Source of the DNA: an uncultured Gemmatimonadaceae bacterium
GTDB taxonomy: Bacteria > Gemmatimonadota > Gemmatimonadetes > Gemmatimonadales > Gemmatimonadaceae
Direction: 5' to 3'
NCBI GenBank assembly: GCA_963817955.1
Contig: CAWFQK010000001.1
Span: 96,001 to 160,000, forward strand
DNA length: 64,000 nt
Part shown: positions 19,013 through 29,793 of the stretch, in pieces
How the letters are laid out: each line of letters starts with the position of its first letter
Position numbering within the stretch: the stretch's first letter is position 1
The notes under the pieces: generated by a model
Seen by the model: only the letters and a program-made list of their open reading frames with translations
Database searches by the model: none
Told to the model about the DNA's origin: nothing
Made by a program: the position numbers and the translations under genes

Positions 19013-21181
19013 TCAGTAAAACAACTTTCGCCCGCGCGCCATGTCCACCAGCAATTCGGCTGGCGCGAACCGAGGCTCGAAACGAACGTTTAGGTCTTCC
19101 AGTCGGTCTACAATCTGCGGCGCGCCAACGCTATCCACGTAGCGGAATGGGCCGCCTCGGAATGGCGGAAAGCCAATGCCGAACACCGCGCCTATGTCGC
19201 CATCGCGCGGCGAATGGAGAATGCCCTCCTCGAGACAACGCGCCGCCTCATTTACCATCGCAAGGACGCAGCGTTCCACGATCTCATCCGCCGGTACGTC
19301 GCGCCGCTGGCCACCGATGATCTCGTAAACGGTCTCGTCCACTGGCCCCTTCTTCCCTGCCGCGTCGTACCGATAGAAGCCCGTACCCCCTTTGCGCCCC
19401 GTGCGGCCGGCAACGACCAGTTTCCGCATCCCCTCCGAGGGCGACATCCGCGCGCCAAACGCCTCGAACAGCACCAGGCCCACTTTCCCGCCAACGTCCA
19501 GGCCTACCTCGTCGAGCAGCGTAATGGGACCGACGGGAAAGCCAAACTCGACCAGCGCCTTGTCGATCGCTTCGATTGACGCGCCTTCGTCGAGCAGCTT
19601 TCCTGCTTCGTTGATGTACGCCGATAAGGTGCGCGTCGTGTAGAAGCCCGGTCCGTCGTTCACGACAATCACAGTCTTGCCCAGTCTCTTGCCATACGCC
19701 ACGGCAGACACCGTCGCCTCCGCATCGGTGCGCGCCGTCACGATCACCTCGAGCAGCGGCATCTTGTGCACGGGCGAGAAGAAGTGCATTCCCAGCACGC
19801 GTTCGGGATGCCTGGCCACGGCAGCGATTCGCGTGATTGGGATGGTGCTCGTATTCGACGCGTAGATCGCCGACGGATCGATGGCCGGCTCCACTTCCTC
19901 GAGCACCCGGTGTTTCAGCGCCAGATCCTCGAACACCGCTTCGATCACGAGATCGGCCGACTCAAAGCCCGAGTAGTCCGTGGTGCCGCCGACCAGGCTC
20001 AGATAGTCGTCGAACTTCTGCCGCGTGATCTGTTTGCGGGTCAGCCGTTCCTGCAGCACGCCACGAATGGACGCGAGTCCCTTTCCGATGCGCGCCGTAT
20101 CGGTGTCCTTGAGCCGGACCGAAGTGCCTTGCTGCACGGCAATCGACGCGATTCCCGCCCCCATGAAGCCCGCTCCGAGCACACCGAGCTTCCGGATGTC
20201 GCGGGCCGCAGGCGCCGGCCCGTCTACTCCCGGGTCCTTCTTCAGCGAATTGCTGGCGAAGAAGAGGAACACGAGCTGGCGCGACACATCGGTCATCGCC
20301 ATTTCGCCGAACAGGCGTGCTTCCTCCTTCAGGCCGGCCTCAAAGCCTCGGGAATACCCCGCCTGCACTGCCTCCAGAGCAGCCAGCGGCGCTGGATATT
20401 GACCGTGCGTCTTCTCCAGGACGCTCGCGCGCGCCTTCTTGAACACCACGTTGCGGCCGAGCGGGTTGTGCTCGAGCAGCAGGCTCGTGGCACCGTGACT
20501 ACCGCCACGCGGCGCCTTCCGCGTGCCCTCGCCAAGGGAGCGCGCACGGTCGATCGCCACGTCGCGCAGAATGGCCGGGTGTACCATCTCGTGCACGAGC
20601 CCCATCTGCAGCGCACGCCGGGCACGGATGTTCCGGCCGGTGAGGATCATATCGAGCGCCGCCTGCAGCCCGATCTGCCGTGGCAGACGCTGGGTACCGC
20701 CCATGCCTGGCGTCACGCCAAGCTGCACTTCGGGCAGCGCGAGCGTCGTCTTTGGATGATCTGTGCAGATCCGGTAGCGGCAGGCCAGCGCCGTCTCCAG
20801 GCCGCCGCCGAGACACGCGCCGTGGATTGCCGCGACCACTGGTGTCCGCAGCTTCTCGAGACGGTTCAGCAGGTCCTGCCCCATGCGGCTCACCCGTTCG
20901 GCGTCGGCCGCGACGCGAAAGGTCTGGAACTGCTCGATGTCGGCACCGGCGATGAAGCTGTCCGGCTTGCCGGAAATCAACACCACTCCCTTAATGAGTG
21001 GATCTTCATCGATGCGAAGGAACAGCCCCTCGAACTCGCCGACCAGCGACGGACTGAGGGTATTCACCGGCGCATTTGGCTGGTCGATCGTGACGATCAG
21101 AATGTCGTCGACGAGCTCGGAAGTCAGCGTCTGCACGCCCTCGCCGCTCGCCACGGTTCCCACTCGGCTCGCGGTGCTCAT
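19013..21181 (-). CDS. fadJ: Fatty acid oxidation complex alpha subunit
   Basis: Crotonase domain (FIAGADI, CLGGGLE, LPEVQLG) fused to 3-hydroxyacyl-CoA dehydrogenase (VLGAGFMG, ASNTST, GMHFFSP). Confidence 0.95.
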   Translation of the reverse strand: MSTASRVGTVASGEGVQTLTSELVDDILIVTIDQPNAPVNTLSPSLVGEFEGLFLRIDEDPLIKGVVLISGKPDSFIAGADIEQFQTFRVAADAERVSRMGQDLLNRLEKLRTPVVAAIHGACLGGGLETALACRYRICTDHPKTTLALPEVQLGVTPGMGGTQRLPRQIGLQAALDMILTGRNIRARRALQMGLVHEMVHPAILRDVAIDRARSLGEGTRKAPRGGSHGATSLLLEHNPLGRNVVFKKARASVLEKTHGQYPAPLAALEAVQAGYSRGFEAGLKEEARLFGEMAMTDVSRQLVFLFFASNSLKKDPGVDGPAPAARDIRKLGVLGAGFMGAGIASIAVQQGTSVRLKDTDTARIGKGLASIRGVLQERLTRKQITRQKFDDYLSLVGGTTDYSGFESADLVIEAVFEDLALKHRVLEEVEPAIDPSAIYASNTSTIPITRIAAVARHPERVLGMHFFSPVHKMPLLEVIVTARTDAEATVSAVAYGKRLGKTVIVVNDGPGFYTTRTLSAYINEAGKLLDEGASIEAIDKALVEFGFPVGPITLLDEVGLDVGGKVGLVLFEAFGARMSPSEGMRKLVVAGRTGRKGGTGFYRYDAAGKKGPVDETVYEIIGGQRRDVPADEIVERCVLAMVNEAARCLEEGILHSPRDGDIGAVFGIGFPPFRGGPFRYVDSVGAPQIVDRLEDLNVRFEPRFAPAELLVDMARGRKLFY

Positions 21182-22476
21182 GCGCGTTCGATTACCATGG
21201 CGTGTCCCATGCCTCCTGCAGCGCAAACGGTCATCAACCCGAACTGCCCGCCGCGGCGCACCAGTTCGTTGGCGAGCGTCGTCAGAATGCGGCCGCCCGT
21301 CGCGCCGAACGGATGCCCGATGGCGATGGATCCACCCATCACATTCAGCTTCGATCGATCGACGGCACCCACCGGCTCGGAATATCCAGCACGTTCGGCC
21401 CAGTAGCGCGATTCGAATCCCCTGAGATTGCACAGCACCTGCGCGGCGAATGCTTCGTGCATCTCGACGAGATCCATGTCTTGGAGCGACAGGCCGGCGC
21501 GGCGGAGCGCCACAGGCGCGGCAAGCACGGGACCCATGAGCAGTTGTTCGCCCGGATCGAGCGCCGCATAGGCGTACGATCGGATGAAGGCGAGCGGCTG
21601 ATATCCGAGCGTGCTCGCCCGCTCTTCACTCATCAGGAGCACCGCGCTCGCGCCGTCGGTGAGCGGCGACGAATTGGCGGCGGTAACGGTGCCGTACGCC
21701 TTGTCGAATACCGGCTTCAACGCCCGCAGCTGCTCGATCGACGTTTCCGTCCTGATACCGTTGTCGCTCGTCAGGACCGTCTCGAACCGTGGCGGCACAT
21801 AGACGGGAACGATTTCCGCCGTGAGGCGGCCGTCCTCCGTGCCCACCGCGGCCATCCGGTGCGAGCGCAGGGCAAACTGATCCTGCTCCTCGCGCGGAAT
21901 GTGGTTGATCTTCGCCATCTTCTCCGCCGACTGGCCCATGGTCTCGCCAGTGGACGGCTCGGCAATCGCCGGCGTGATCGGTACGAGATCGCGCGGACGA
22001 ATGGACGCCACGATCCGGAGCTGTGCCGCCGGGCCCTTGGCACGCGACAACGCGACGAGCTTGTCGGACATGCTGCGGGAGTGCAGGATCGGGACGTTCG
22101 ACAACGACTCAGCGCCTCCGGCAATGATCACGTCGTGATGCCCGAGCACGATCTGGTCGGCAGCGTCGGTGATGGCCTGATTGGCCGACGCGCACGCGCG
22201 GCTCACCGTGTAGGCCTCGCAGCCGCGAGGCAGTATGGGCAGGAGCGAGACTTCGCGCGCAATGTTCGGCGCAATGACTGATGGCACGACCGTGCCATAC
22301 ACGACCGCTTCAACGAGATCGCTGTCGAGATTCGTGCGTTGCACCAGCTCAGCCACGCAACGTTTGCCGAGCTCGATGGCGCTGAGGTGCTTGAGTGTCG
22401 TGCCGGCGCGCGCAAAGGGCGTCCGGACACCGGCAACGATGGCGACGCGTCGCCCGGGGGTGCCGAGAGATGGCAT
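21178..22476 (-). CDS. fadI: Acetyl-CoA C-acyltransferase (thiolase)
   Basis: SRACAS, MHEAFAAQ, GHPFGATG and CAAGG. Coupled to fadJ. Confidence 0.95.
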   Translation of the reverse strand: MPSLGTPGRRVAIVAGVRTPFARAGTTLKHLSAIELGKRCVAELVQRTNLDSDLVEAVVYGTVVPSVIAPNIAREVSLLPILPRGCEAYTVSRACASANQAITDAADQIVLGHHDVIIAGGAESLSNVPILHSRSMSDKLVALSRAKGPAAQLRIVASIRPRDLVPITPAIAEPSTGETMGQSAEKMAKINHIPREEQDQFALRSHRMAAVGTEDGRLTAEIVPVYVPPRFETVLTSDNGIRTETSIEQLRALKPVFDKAYGTVTAANSSPLTDGASAVLLMSEERASTLGYQPLAFIRSYAYAALDPGEQLLMGPVLAAPVALRRAGLSLQDMDLVEMHEAFAAQVLCNLRGFESRYWAERAGYSEPVGAVDRSKLNVMGGSIAIGHPFGATGGRILTTLANELVRRGGQFGLMTVCAAGGMGHAMVIERA

Positions 22477-22567
22477 GCTGCAAACTGGCTGGCGCCGGGC
22501 GACGGTGGAAGGGCAGAACGCCTGACCGGCATCGGGAGATGAGCCCCCGTGCTTTACTATTCACTCG

Positions 22568-24184
22568 ATGACCGTTCCCATCTTTCTGGCGGATCGACTC
22601 GCATCCCTGGGCGCGCGGGCGTTCGACCTGCTCGTCATTGGCGGGGGCATTACCGGGTGCGGCATCGCGCGAGACGCAGCGCTCCGTGGGCTGTCGGTCG
22701 CGCTCGTGGAGAAGGATGACTTCGCCAGCGGTACGTCCAGCCGGTCGTCGCGCCTCGTGCACGGCGGGGTGCGCTACCTCGAGCACGGTCACGTGCACCT
22801 CGTGTTCGAATCGAGCGCCGAGCGCAGACGGCTGCTGGCGATGGCCCCACACCTCGTGCGACCGCTCCAGTTCACCTGGCCGGTATACGCCGGCGCACGC
22901 ATCCCGCGCTGGAAGCTGGGGGCCGGGCTGCTCCTCTACGATGCACTTGCCCTGTTTCGCAACGTCGGACGCCACAAGCGCTTGTCGCGCAATGACGTTC
23001 TCCTCGCTGAACCAATGCTTCGTGAAGACGGCCTGCGCGGTGGTGCCATGTACTATGACGCGGCCACGAACGATGCGCGGCTGACCCTCGCCAATGCCAT
23101 CGGCGCGGCCCAAGCGGGAGCGGTCGTGGTGAACCATGCCGCCGTCACGGCGCTCCTGTTCGACGACGGACGCGTAATCGGTGCGACTGTACGCGACTCT
23201 CAGAACGCGACCACAGTCGAGGTGCGCGCCAGCGTCGTCGTGAATGCTACGGGTCCGTGGAACGACGACGTACGGCACCTCGACCAGGAATCCGGTGCCA
23301 CGGTGCGGGGGAGCAAGGGCGTCCACATCGCGGTGCCGCGCGATCGCATCGGAAACACCCACGCCGTTACACTCATCTCGCCCATTGATGGACGCGTGCT
23401 GTTCGTCTTGCCGGCGAACGGGCATACGATCGTTGGCACCACGGACACCTACACCACGTCGTCGCCCGACGACGTACGTGCAACGAACGCCGACGTGCAG
23501 TATCTGCTCGATGCAGCGAACGTGTTCTTTCCCGCTGCGCATCTGACGTGCGACGATGTCGTGAGTGCCTGGGCCGGCATCCGCCCACTGCTGCCCACCA
23601 AAGGCACCACACCGGGAGCAGTGACTCGTGAGCACGCGATTGCCACGAGTCCGAGCGGCCTCGTGTCGATCACCGGAGGGAAGCTGACTACCTACCGCAT
23701 CATGGCAGCCGACGTCATGGATCTCGTGTGCCAGCGGCTCGGGCGCCAGGCAGGCGAGGATCGCGCGAAGTTCATTCCTCTTCCGGGCGGCGAATTCACG
23801 TCACTCGTTCAGCTGATTGCCGACGCCGCACGTGTGACGAAGGATGTGGACCTGGCGGGGCATCTCGCCGGCACCTTCGGAACCACGTGGCCCGCGGTCT
23901 GGAGCGAGATCATCGTCGGCGACGGACGCACACGGCTCGACGACGCGCTTCCCTACACGCTTGGTGAGCTACGCTACTCGGTTCGTCACGAGTTCGCGCG
24001 CTCCCTCGGCGATCTGCTCATCCGCCGCACCCACCTCGCGTTCGAGACGCGCGATCACGGACTCGACGCCGCGCCATGCGCCGCAGCCACCGCCGCACCG
24101 CTGCTCGGCTGGTCCAAGACAGATACCCAGCAAGCCGTTCAGGACTACGCCGCGGAAGCCGAGCGTATTTTCACGATCGACTGA
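22568..24184 (+). CDS. glpD: FAD-dependent glycerol-3-phosphate dehydrogenase
   Basis: IGGGITG, GTSSRSSRLVHGGVRYLE, VVNATGPW, AGIRPL and GGKLTTYR. Confidence 0.93.
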   Translation: MTVPIFLADRLASLGARAFDLLVIGGGITGCGIARDAALRGLSVALVEKDDFASGTSSRSSRLVHGGVRYLEHGHVHLVFESSAERRRLLAMAPHLVRPLQFTWPVYAGARIPRWKLGAGLLLYDALALFRNVGRHKRLSRNDVLLAEPMLREDGLRGGAMYYDAATNDARLTLANAIGAAQAGAVVVNHAAVTALLFDDGRVIGATVRDSQNATTVEVRASVVVNATGPWNDDVRHLDQESGATVRGSKGVHIAVPRDRIGNTHAVTLISPIDGRVLFVLPANGHTIVGTTDTYTTSSPDDVRATNADVQYLLDAANVFFPAAHLTCDDVVSAWAGIRPLLPTKGTTPGAVTREHAIATSPSGLVSITGGKLTTYRIMAADVMDLVCQRLGRQAGEDRAKFIPLPGGEFTSLVQLIADAARVTKDVDLAGHLAGTFGTTWPAVWSEIIVGDGRTRLDDALPYTLGELRYSVRHEFARSLGDLLIRRTHLAFETRDHGLDAAPCAAATAAPLLGWSKTDTQQAVQDYAAEAERIFTID

Positions 24185-24196
24185 TCCGCGGGCAGG

Positions 24197-24679
24197 CTAG
24201 ACAGCGTCTTCCTTGATGTCGTGGATCGTGCGCAGTTCCAGGACCGTGAGCTGGCGGACCATGGTGGGCAACCTGAGAAACGCCACTTCGCCCACTGCCT
24301 TGCCAAGGAGCGCGCGACCGATCGGCGAGGCCATCGTGACGTGTCCCTCCTCGAACTCAACCGCATCACCAAACACCAAAAAATACGTTTCCTTCTCGGA
24401 CGTCTTCAGGTCCTCCACCACGACCTTGGAGCCGAGACCGACACGGTCGGATGGAATCTGGGCCAGATCGATCGACGAGAGCTTACTCAAACGCTCCCGG
24501 AGCTGGCCCAGACGGGCCATGACGAACTGCTGCCGCTCGAGCGCAGCCTTGTACTCGCTGTTCTCGCGCAGGTCGCCCAGCTCAACGGCCTTCCGAATCT
24601 CATTGGGAAGCGTGACGTTCAGCTCGTATTGCAGCTTTTCGACCTCTCCCCCGAGCTTTTGTTTCAGCGCTTCGATCAT
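24197..24679 (-). CDS. greA: Transcription elongation factor GreA/GreB family
   Basis: GDLRENSEYKAA and SPIGRALLGK. Confidence 0.9.
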   Translation of the reverse strand: MIEALKQKLGGEVEKLQYELNVTLPNEIRKAVELGDLRENSEYKAALERQQFVMARLGQLRERLSKLSSIDLAQIPSDRVGLGSKVVVEDLKTSEKETYFLVFGDAVEFEEGHVTMASPIGRALLGKAVGEVAFLRLPTMVRQLTVLELRTIHDIKEDAV

Positions 24680-24801
24680 ATTCGTTGGAGCTTCTATCGG
24701 CGACAAAAGTTGAGCGCCCGGCCGGAGAGGCCGGGCGCAATCGACATGAGGAAGTCTATCCCCCAGCCCACGCTCTGGCAAAGACCAGGCCGGACCAGGC
24801 G

Positions 24802-25602
24802 ATGCTCGAGATACAGCAATACGGCGATGTGGTGCGATTGCGGATGAGCAGTGCCGGTAGCCGAGTGGCCGGCCTGGACGTCAGCGCCTATGTCGTACGC
24901 GGCGTGATGATTGACTGCGGCTTCCACCGCGCGCGTGTGGCCATCAGCTCAGCCGTGCGGACGCTCGGCGTGCACGGCATCATCGTCACACACTGGCATG
25001 AGGATCATGCCGGCAACGTCGCGCTGTTCGCCAGCCGCGGCATTCCGCTCCTGGTCCGCGCCGACACGGAAGCCACGCTTCGACAGCGCCCGGACATCCA
25101 GCTCTACCGTCGCTTCGCGTGGGGACTTCCGCCGGCACTGACCGCCGCAATCACGAAATTCGAGAGCGCGGACCTGCAGACGCACCATACCCCAGGGCAC
25201 TCCGCAGACCATCAGGTGGTGTTCGACCGGCAGACTGGAACATTGTTTTCCGGCGACCTCTGGCTCGGCGTGCGCGCGCGGGTGCTGCATGCGTCGGAAG
25301 ATCCGTACGAGATTGTCGCGAGTCTGCGCGTGGCCGCAGCTCTGTTGCCCGATCGAATGTTCGACGCACACCGCGGCTTCGTGTCCGACCCCGTGAACGC
25401 GCTCAACGCAAAAGCCGAGTGGCTGACGCAGACACTCGGCGACGTCGAACGCAAGATCGCCGCGGGCTGGGCCGACGCGGCGATCGTCAAGGACGTGCTC
25501 GGGGGCGAAGATCGCACCGCGATTGCGTCCCGCGGAGACTACTCGCGGAGAAACCTGGTGAAGGCGGTACGACGGCGATTGGCGGCAGACTCTGCGCGAT
25601 AG
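24802..25602 (+). CDS. MBL-fold metallo-hydrolase
   Basis: THWHEDHAG, TPGHSADH and FSGDL. Confidence 0.92.
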   Translation: MLEIQQYGDVVRLRMSSAGSRVAGLDVSAYVVRGVMIDCGFHRARVAISSAVRTLGVHGIIVTHWHEDHAGNVALFASRGIPLLVRADTEATLRQRPDIQLYRRFAWGLPPALTAAITKFESADLQTHHTPGHSADHQVVFDRQTGTLFSGDLWLGVRARVLHASEDPYEIVASLRVAAALLPDRMFDAHRGFVSDPVNALNAKAEWLTQTLGDVERKIAAGWADAAIVKDVLGGEDRTAIASRGDYSRRNLVKAVRRRLAADSAR

Positions 25603-25611
25603 GCGATCGCT

Positions 25612-26820
25612 CTACTGCGCCTCACCTATCGCTTGCTCGAACTCCCTGCGGAGGAGATCCATCATCTCATCGCGGCGGTCGTACAACCGCCGGAGGGGGC
25701 GCTTGGCGTGGCGCGCGTGCGCGTAGGACGTGAGCAGGGGGAGTGCAACCGTAGAGTCCAGGTAGCACACGACCGCGTCAGGCAAACGCTCCGGATCGAT
25801 CTTACCCCAGCTCACCGCCTCGGCCGGCGTTGCGCCGGAGAGGCCGCCGGTGTCCGGGCGCGCGTCCGTGATCTGGAGAAAGTAGTCGTGTCCCTTCTCG
25901 TCAATGCCGAGCACTTCCTGGATCTGCGGTTCCGTCTGCAGCATGAAATTCTTGGGGCTGCCGCCGCCGCAGATCAACACACCAGACTTGCCGCCGCCGC
26001 GCTTGGCACTGAGCACGATGGCCGCCGTCTCATTCACGTCCATGTTCGGATCGATCGTGCACTTGTTGCCACCGAGCGCGAGCGCGGCAACGTTCATCCC
26101 GATCGACGAGTCGCCGGGGGATGACGTGTAGATCGGCACGCCTGCTTGGTACGCCGCCGAGAGCAGCGATTTCTGGCCAATGCCGAGCGCGCGTTCACGC
26201 TCGCGGATGTACTTGCCGCAGAGCCAGTGGAATTCCGCGCTGGACATCGACTTCTGGAATTCCGGCCCTTGAATGACGGTCCGGAAGAAGGCGTCGGTGG
26301 ACAACAGGACGTCGTAGTCGAAGAAGATGTCGTAGATCCTCACGACGCCTTCCTCGCGCAGCACGACATCGGACTCTTGCGCGTTTCCGCGGTGCATTGC
26401 CAACCCGAGTCCGAAGTGCGTGTCGTGGTACAGATTCGCGCCCGTGGAGATGATCCAATCCACGAAGCCACTCTCGATGAGCGGAATCAGCGCGGCCATG
26501 CCGAGCCCGGCCGGCGTGAGCGCGCCAGTCAGCGTCATGCCGATCGTGACGTCCTCATCCAGCATCTTCTTGGTGAACAGCGCGCACGCTTCGCGCAACC
26601 GTGCCGCGTTGTAGGCGAGGAACGCATTGTCGATCAGGTCCGCGGCGCTTTCGCTGCCGTCGATCGCTCTTGGATCGATGCGAGCCCCGCGCAGAAACTT
26701 GCTCTTCTCGTGCGAGGTGTGCTGCTCTCCGGCTCGCTCGCGTGCTTCCGCCGCGCGTTTCTGCTCGGCCTTGGGGCCGGCCGCCGATGCCTTGTTCGTG
26801 CCATCTGACTTCTTCGTCAT
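25612..26820 (-). CDS. Deoxyhypusine synthase-like protein (probable homospermidine synthase)
   Basis: [18 protein letters not shown] and [17 protein letters not shown], with the active-site Lys retained. Confidence 0.92.
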   Translation of the reverse strand: MTKKSDGTNKASAAGPKAEQKRAAEARERAGEQHTSHEKSKFLRGARIDPRAIDGSESAADLIDNAFLAYNAARLREACALFTKKMLDEDVTIGMTLTGALTPAGLGMAALIPLIESGFVDWIISTGANLYHDTHFGLGLAMHRGNAQESDVVLREEGVVRIYDIFFDYDVLLSTDAFFRTVIQGPEFQKSMSSAEFHWLCGKYIRERERALGIGQKSLLSAAYQAGVPIYTSSPGDSSIGMNVAALALGGNKCTIDPNMDVNETAAIVLSAKRGGGKSGVLICGGGSPKNFMLQTEPQIQEVLGIDEKGHDYFLQITDARPDTGGLSGATPAEAVSWGKIDPERLPDAVVCYLDSTVALPLLTSYAHARHAKRPLRRLYDRRDEMMDLLRREFEQAIGEAQ

Positions 26821-26826
26821 TCCTAT

Positions 26827-27747
26827 TTACTTGCCTTTCAGTGATTCCCACGCTGAGATCACCGCCTGCGCGGCTTCCTGCGGGTCGTCGGTGAGCAAAA
26901 TGAGGTCGAGGTCCCCCGGCGAGATCTTTGCCTCGCTGAGCACCCGCGACTGAATCCAGCGAATCAGACCGGCCCAGTAGTGCCGCCCAAACATGATCAC
27001 CGGAAACTGATAGATCTTGCCGGTCTGAATGAGCGTCAACGCCTCGAACGCTTCGTCGAGCGTGCCGTATCCGCCAGGAAAGATGATGAACGCATTCGAG
27101 TACTTGATGAACATCGTCTTCCGCACGAAAAAGTAGCGGAAGTTCACGAGCGTATCGACGTACGGATTGGCGCCCTGCTCGAACGGCAGCTCGATGTTGC
27201 AGCCAATGGAGACGCCCCCGGCCTGCTTGGCGCCCTTGTTCGCCGCTTCCATGATGCCCGGACCCGCGCCAGTGATGATGGCGAAACCGGCCTCGGCGAG
27301 CAGTCGCGCCACTTCCTGAGCCGCCTTGTACTGCGGATCGTCGGGGTGCGTCCGCGCCGAACCAAAGATCGACACACCGCGCCGTATGTGGGCGAGGTTG
27401 TCGAACCCTTCAATGAACTCGCCCATGATGCGCATGACGCGCCACGGATCGGTTCGTGTGAAATCGACGGCGTCGGTCCCCGCCTGGAGCAGCTTCTCGT
27501 CTTCCGTCTCCGGCGGCGTGAAGCTCCGAATGGAGTCATCGAGAATGCGCGTCGCCCCAGCTGTGCGCGCCACCGTGCGTTCGGATGGTGGTGTGCGTCC
27601 GGCAGCGCGATGACCCGCCTCAGTGCGCTCGCGGTATCCTTCCTGCGAGGTGAGGGTGGCCTCGGCGAGCACCTCGGGGCTGGCCTTCTTTCCACCCGCT
27701 GTGCGCGCGGTCTTGTGTCTCGGCTTGGGCTTTTTCTGCTGTGCCAT
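26827..27747 (-). CDS. LOG family nucleotide monophosphate nucleosidase-like protein
   Basis: SIFGSAR, TGAGPGIMEAAN, YFFVRK and PGGYGTLDE. Confidence 0.93.
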   Translation of the reverse strand: MAQQKKPKPRHKTARTAGGKKASPEVLAEATLTSQEGYRERTEAGHRAAGRTPPSERTVARTAGATRILDDSIRSFTPPETEDEKLLQAGTDAVDFTRTDPWRVMRIMGEFIEGFDNLAHIRRGVSIFGSARTHPDDPQYKAAQEVARLLAEAGFAIITGAGPGIMEAANKGAKQAGGVSIGCNIELPFEQGANPYVDTLVNFRYFFVRKTMFIKYSNAFIIFPGGYGTLDEAFEALTLIQTGKIYQFPVIMFGRHYWAGLIRWIQSRVLSEAKISPGDLDLILLTDDPQEAAQAVISAWESLKGK

Positions 27748-27825
27748 GCGTTGAGTTTACGGGGTTGAGGCGCGAGTGCACAGAGGCGAGCTTCCAGAAC
27801 CCCTCCCTCGTATCCACCCCCCAAA

Positions 27826-29223
27826 GTGTCTGTCGTCATTCTCCTCGCCGATGGCGTGCGCCCCGATATCTTCGACGCCGCGTTGCGCTCGGGCGAGCTT
27901 CCCGCACTGTCTGCGCTCCGCGAAGAAGGTGAATTGCACACGGTCGCGTCGTGCTTCCCTTCTGTGACCGGACCAGCGTATGCCCCGTTTCTCATGGGTC
28001 GATATCCCGGTCCAATCGGATTGCCGGGCTTGCGTTGGTTCGACCGCGCGCGGACTGCCACGACGTGTCCCGACTACACACGGAGTTACGTCGGCTACCA
28101 GATGGGCAAGGTGGATGGCGACATAGATCCCGAGGCACCGACGATCTTCGAATTGTGCGACTCGAGCCTGGGAGCGTTGAACGTCATTGGCCGGGGACTG
28201 CCGAAGCGCGATCGCATCGGCTCCATCACGGTGCGATCGGCGTATCGCGCCGCCACCACACACTTTTCCGGCAACGTGGCCGGTTGGCTGGGGATCGATC
28301 GTGAGGTCGCGGGTGATGTCGCATACCGCATTCGCCGCGACAAACCCGAGTTCGTCTTCACCGCCCTCACGGGCGTGGACAAGGTATCCCACGCCCGGGG
28401 CCAGCAGTCGCCAATGACCATGGACGCGCTTCGGATCGTGGACGATGCCGCGGCAATGATCCGCCGCGACGCCGAAGCAGACGGACGTTGGAGAGATATG
28501 TCGTTGTGGGTCGTGAGCGACCACGGCCATTCACGCGTCACCGCACACGAGGACCTCGCCGGGTTCGTGTCCGACGCAGGCTACCGCACCATCGCGCATC
28601 CCTGGGTCTTCAGCATCGACCCGGATGTCGCGGTGATGGTGAGCGGCAATGCCATGGCGCACATCTATCTCGACCTTCGCTCTCGCGAACGCCCGGCAAT
28701 GATGAACGGCAGGTGGCGGCCGTTCATGGAAATGCTGCTGGAGCGGCCGTCGGTCGACCTGCTCATCGTGCCGCAGGCGAGATCCGCAACGGTGTCCAGC
28801 GCAGCGCGAGGGAGCGCCGTCGTCGCCCGCCGGACGGACGGCTTTCATTATGAGCGTGTCTCGGGCGATCCGCTTCGCCTTGGCCGCGACATCCATGGCA
28901 TATCAGCGAACGATGCCTATGACGCGACGATCGACACCGATTATCCCGACAGCCTGGTGCAAATCGCACATCTCGCGGAATCGCCACGATCGGGCGAGAT
29001 CATTCTGTCCGCCGCGCGTGACTGGGATTTCCGTTCGCGCTACGAGCCCATTCCACACGTCAGCTCGCATGGCGCGCTGCACCGCGAGCACATGCTGGTG
29101 CCGCTGCTGCTGAACCGTCCCGCGCATGCCATTCCTCGTCGCACGGTAGACGTGATGCCGAGCGCCCTGGCAGCGTTGGGGAGAGCCATTCCCATGGGTT
29201 TGGACGGGGAGTCCTTTCTTTGA
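27826..29223 (+). CDS. Alkaline phosphatase superfamily (NPP-type) protein
   Basis: LADGVR, FPSVTGP (Thr nucleophile), DKVSH, SDHGH and SHG. Confidence 0.88.
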   Translation: MSVVILLADGVRPDIFDAALRSGELPALSALREEGELHTVASCFPSVTGPAYAPFLMGRYPGPIGLPGLRWFDRARTATTCPDYTRSYVGYQMGKVDGDIDPEAPTIFELCDSSLGALNVIGRGLPKRDRIGSITVRSAYRAATTHFSGNVAGWLGIDREVAGDVAYRIRRDKPEFVFTALTGVDKVSHARGQQSPMTMDALRIVDDAAAMIRRDAEADGRWRDMSLWVVSDHGHSRVTAHEDLAGFVSDAGYRTIAHPWVFSIDPDVAVMVSGNAMAHIYLDLRSRERPAMMNGRWRPFMEMLLERPSVDLLIVPQARSATVSSAARGSAVVARRTDGFHYERVSGDPLRLGRDIHGISANDAYDATIDTDYPDSLVQIAHLAESPRSGEIILSAARDWDFRSRYEPIPHVSSHGALHREHMLVPLLLNRPAHAIPRRTVDVMPSALAALGRAIPMGLDGESFL

Positions 29224-29326
29224 CGTGCGGCTTTCAGGGAAGCACCTATACAGCCCAGCCGCCGGTTGGTCGATAATTCGAACTGCAGATACTTCAGCAT
29301 ACCGTCGATCGACTGGAGGCTTACCG

Positions 29327-29689
29327 ATGAAGGCAGCCATCACGAAAGCAATAGGCGTCCACGGCGCATGGAAGACGCGTCTTCGTTCCGCCATTGCCGC
29401 ACGTCACATTGAAATTCCACCTGCAGTGATCGCCCGCGAAAACATGTGCGATTTCGGCAAATGGCTGCATAGCGGGGAGCTGGACAACGCGACGAGACAG
29501 AGCGAGATCTATCGCCGCGTACGTACCCTGCATGCTGACTTCCATCGCGTGGCAAGCGAGGTCGCACAGCTCGCGCTCGATGGCAAGACCGAGGAGGCAG
29601 AGGAGTCAATGGCGCTGAACGGAGCCTTCGCACTGGCTTCCGCGAAGCTCACAGGCGCCATGCTCGAGTGGCAACGCACGGCCACCTGA
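29327..29689 (+). CDS. Stand-alone CZB (chemoreceptor zinc-binding) domain protein
   Basis: HGAWK, CDFGKWL and LHADFH supply the 3His+Cys zinc ligands. Confidence 0.88.
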   Translation: MKAAITKAIGVHGAWKTRLRSAIAARHIEIPPAVIARENMCDFGKWLHSGELDNATRQSEIYRRVRTLHADFHRVASEVAQLALDGKTEEAEESMALNGAFALASAKLTGAMLEWQRTAT

Positions 29690-29793
29690 CGAATTCGGCG
29701 CGCTCTTTTCTCCGAGATTAGAGCACACCGAAGGAGAAGCTTGGGGCGGGACGCCACACTAGCGTATCATGCATAGTGATGACTTCCATAGTG

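Noticed and set aside
19766..21406. Long antisense ORFs here and opposite many other genes
   Set aside because: These are shadow ORFs typical of high-GC coding DNA, and the opposite strand carries the recognisable protein.
24694..24714. sigma28-like GCCGATAG upstream of greA
   Set aside because: The spacing to the nearest -35-like TCAA is only 8 nt.
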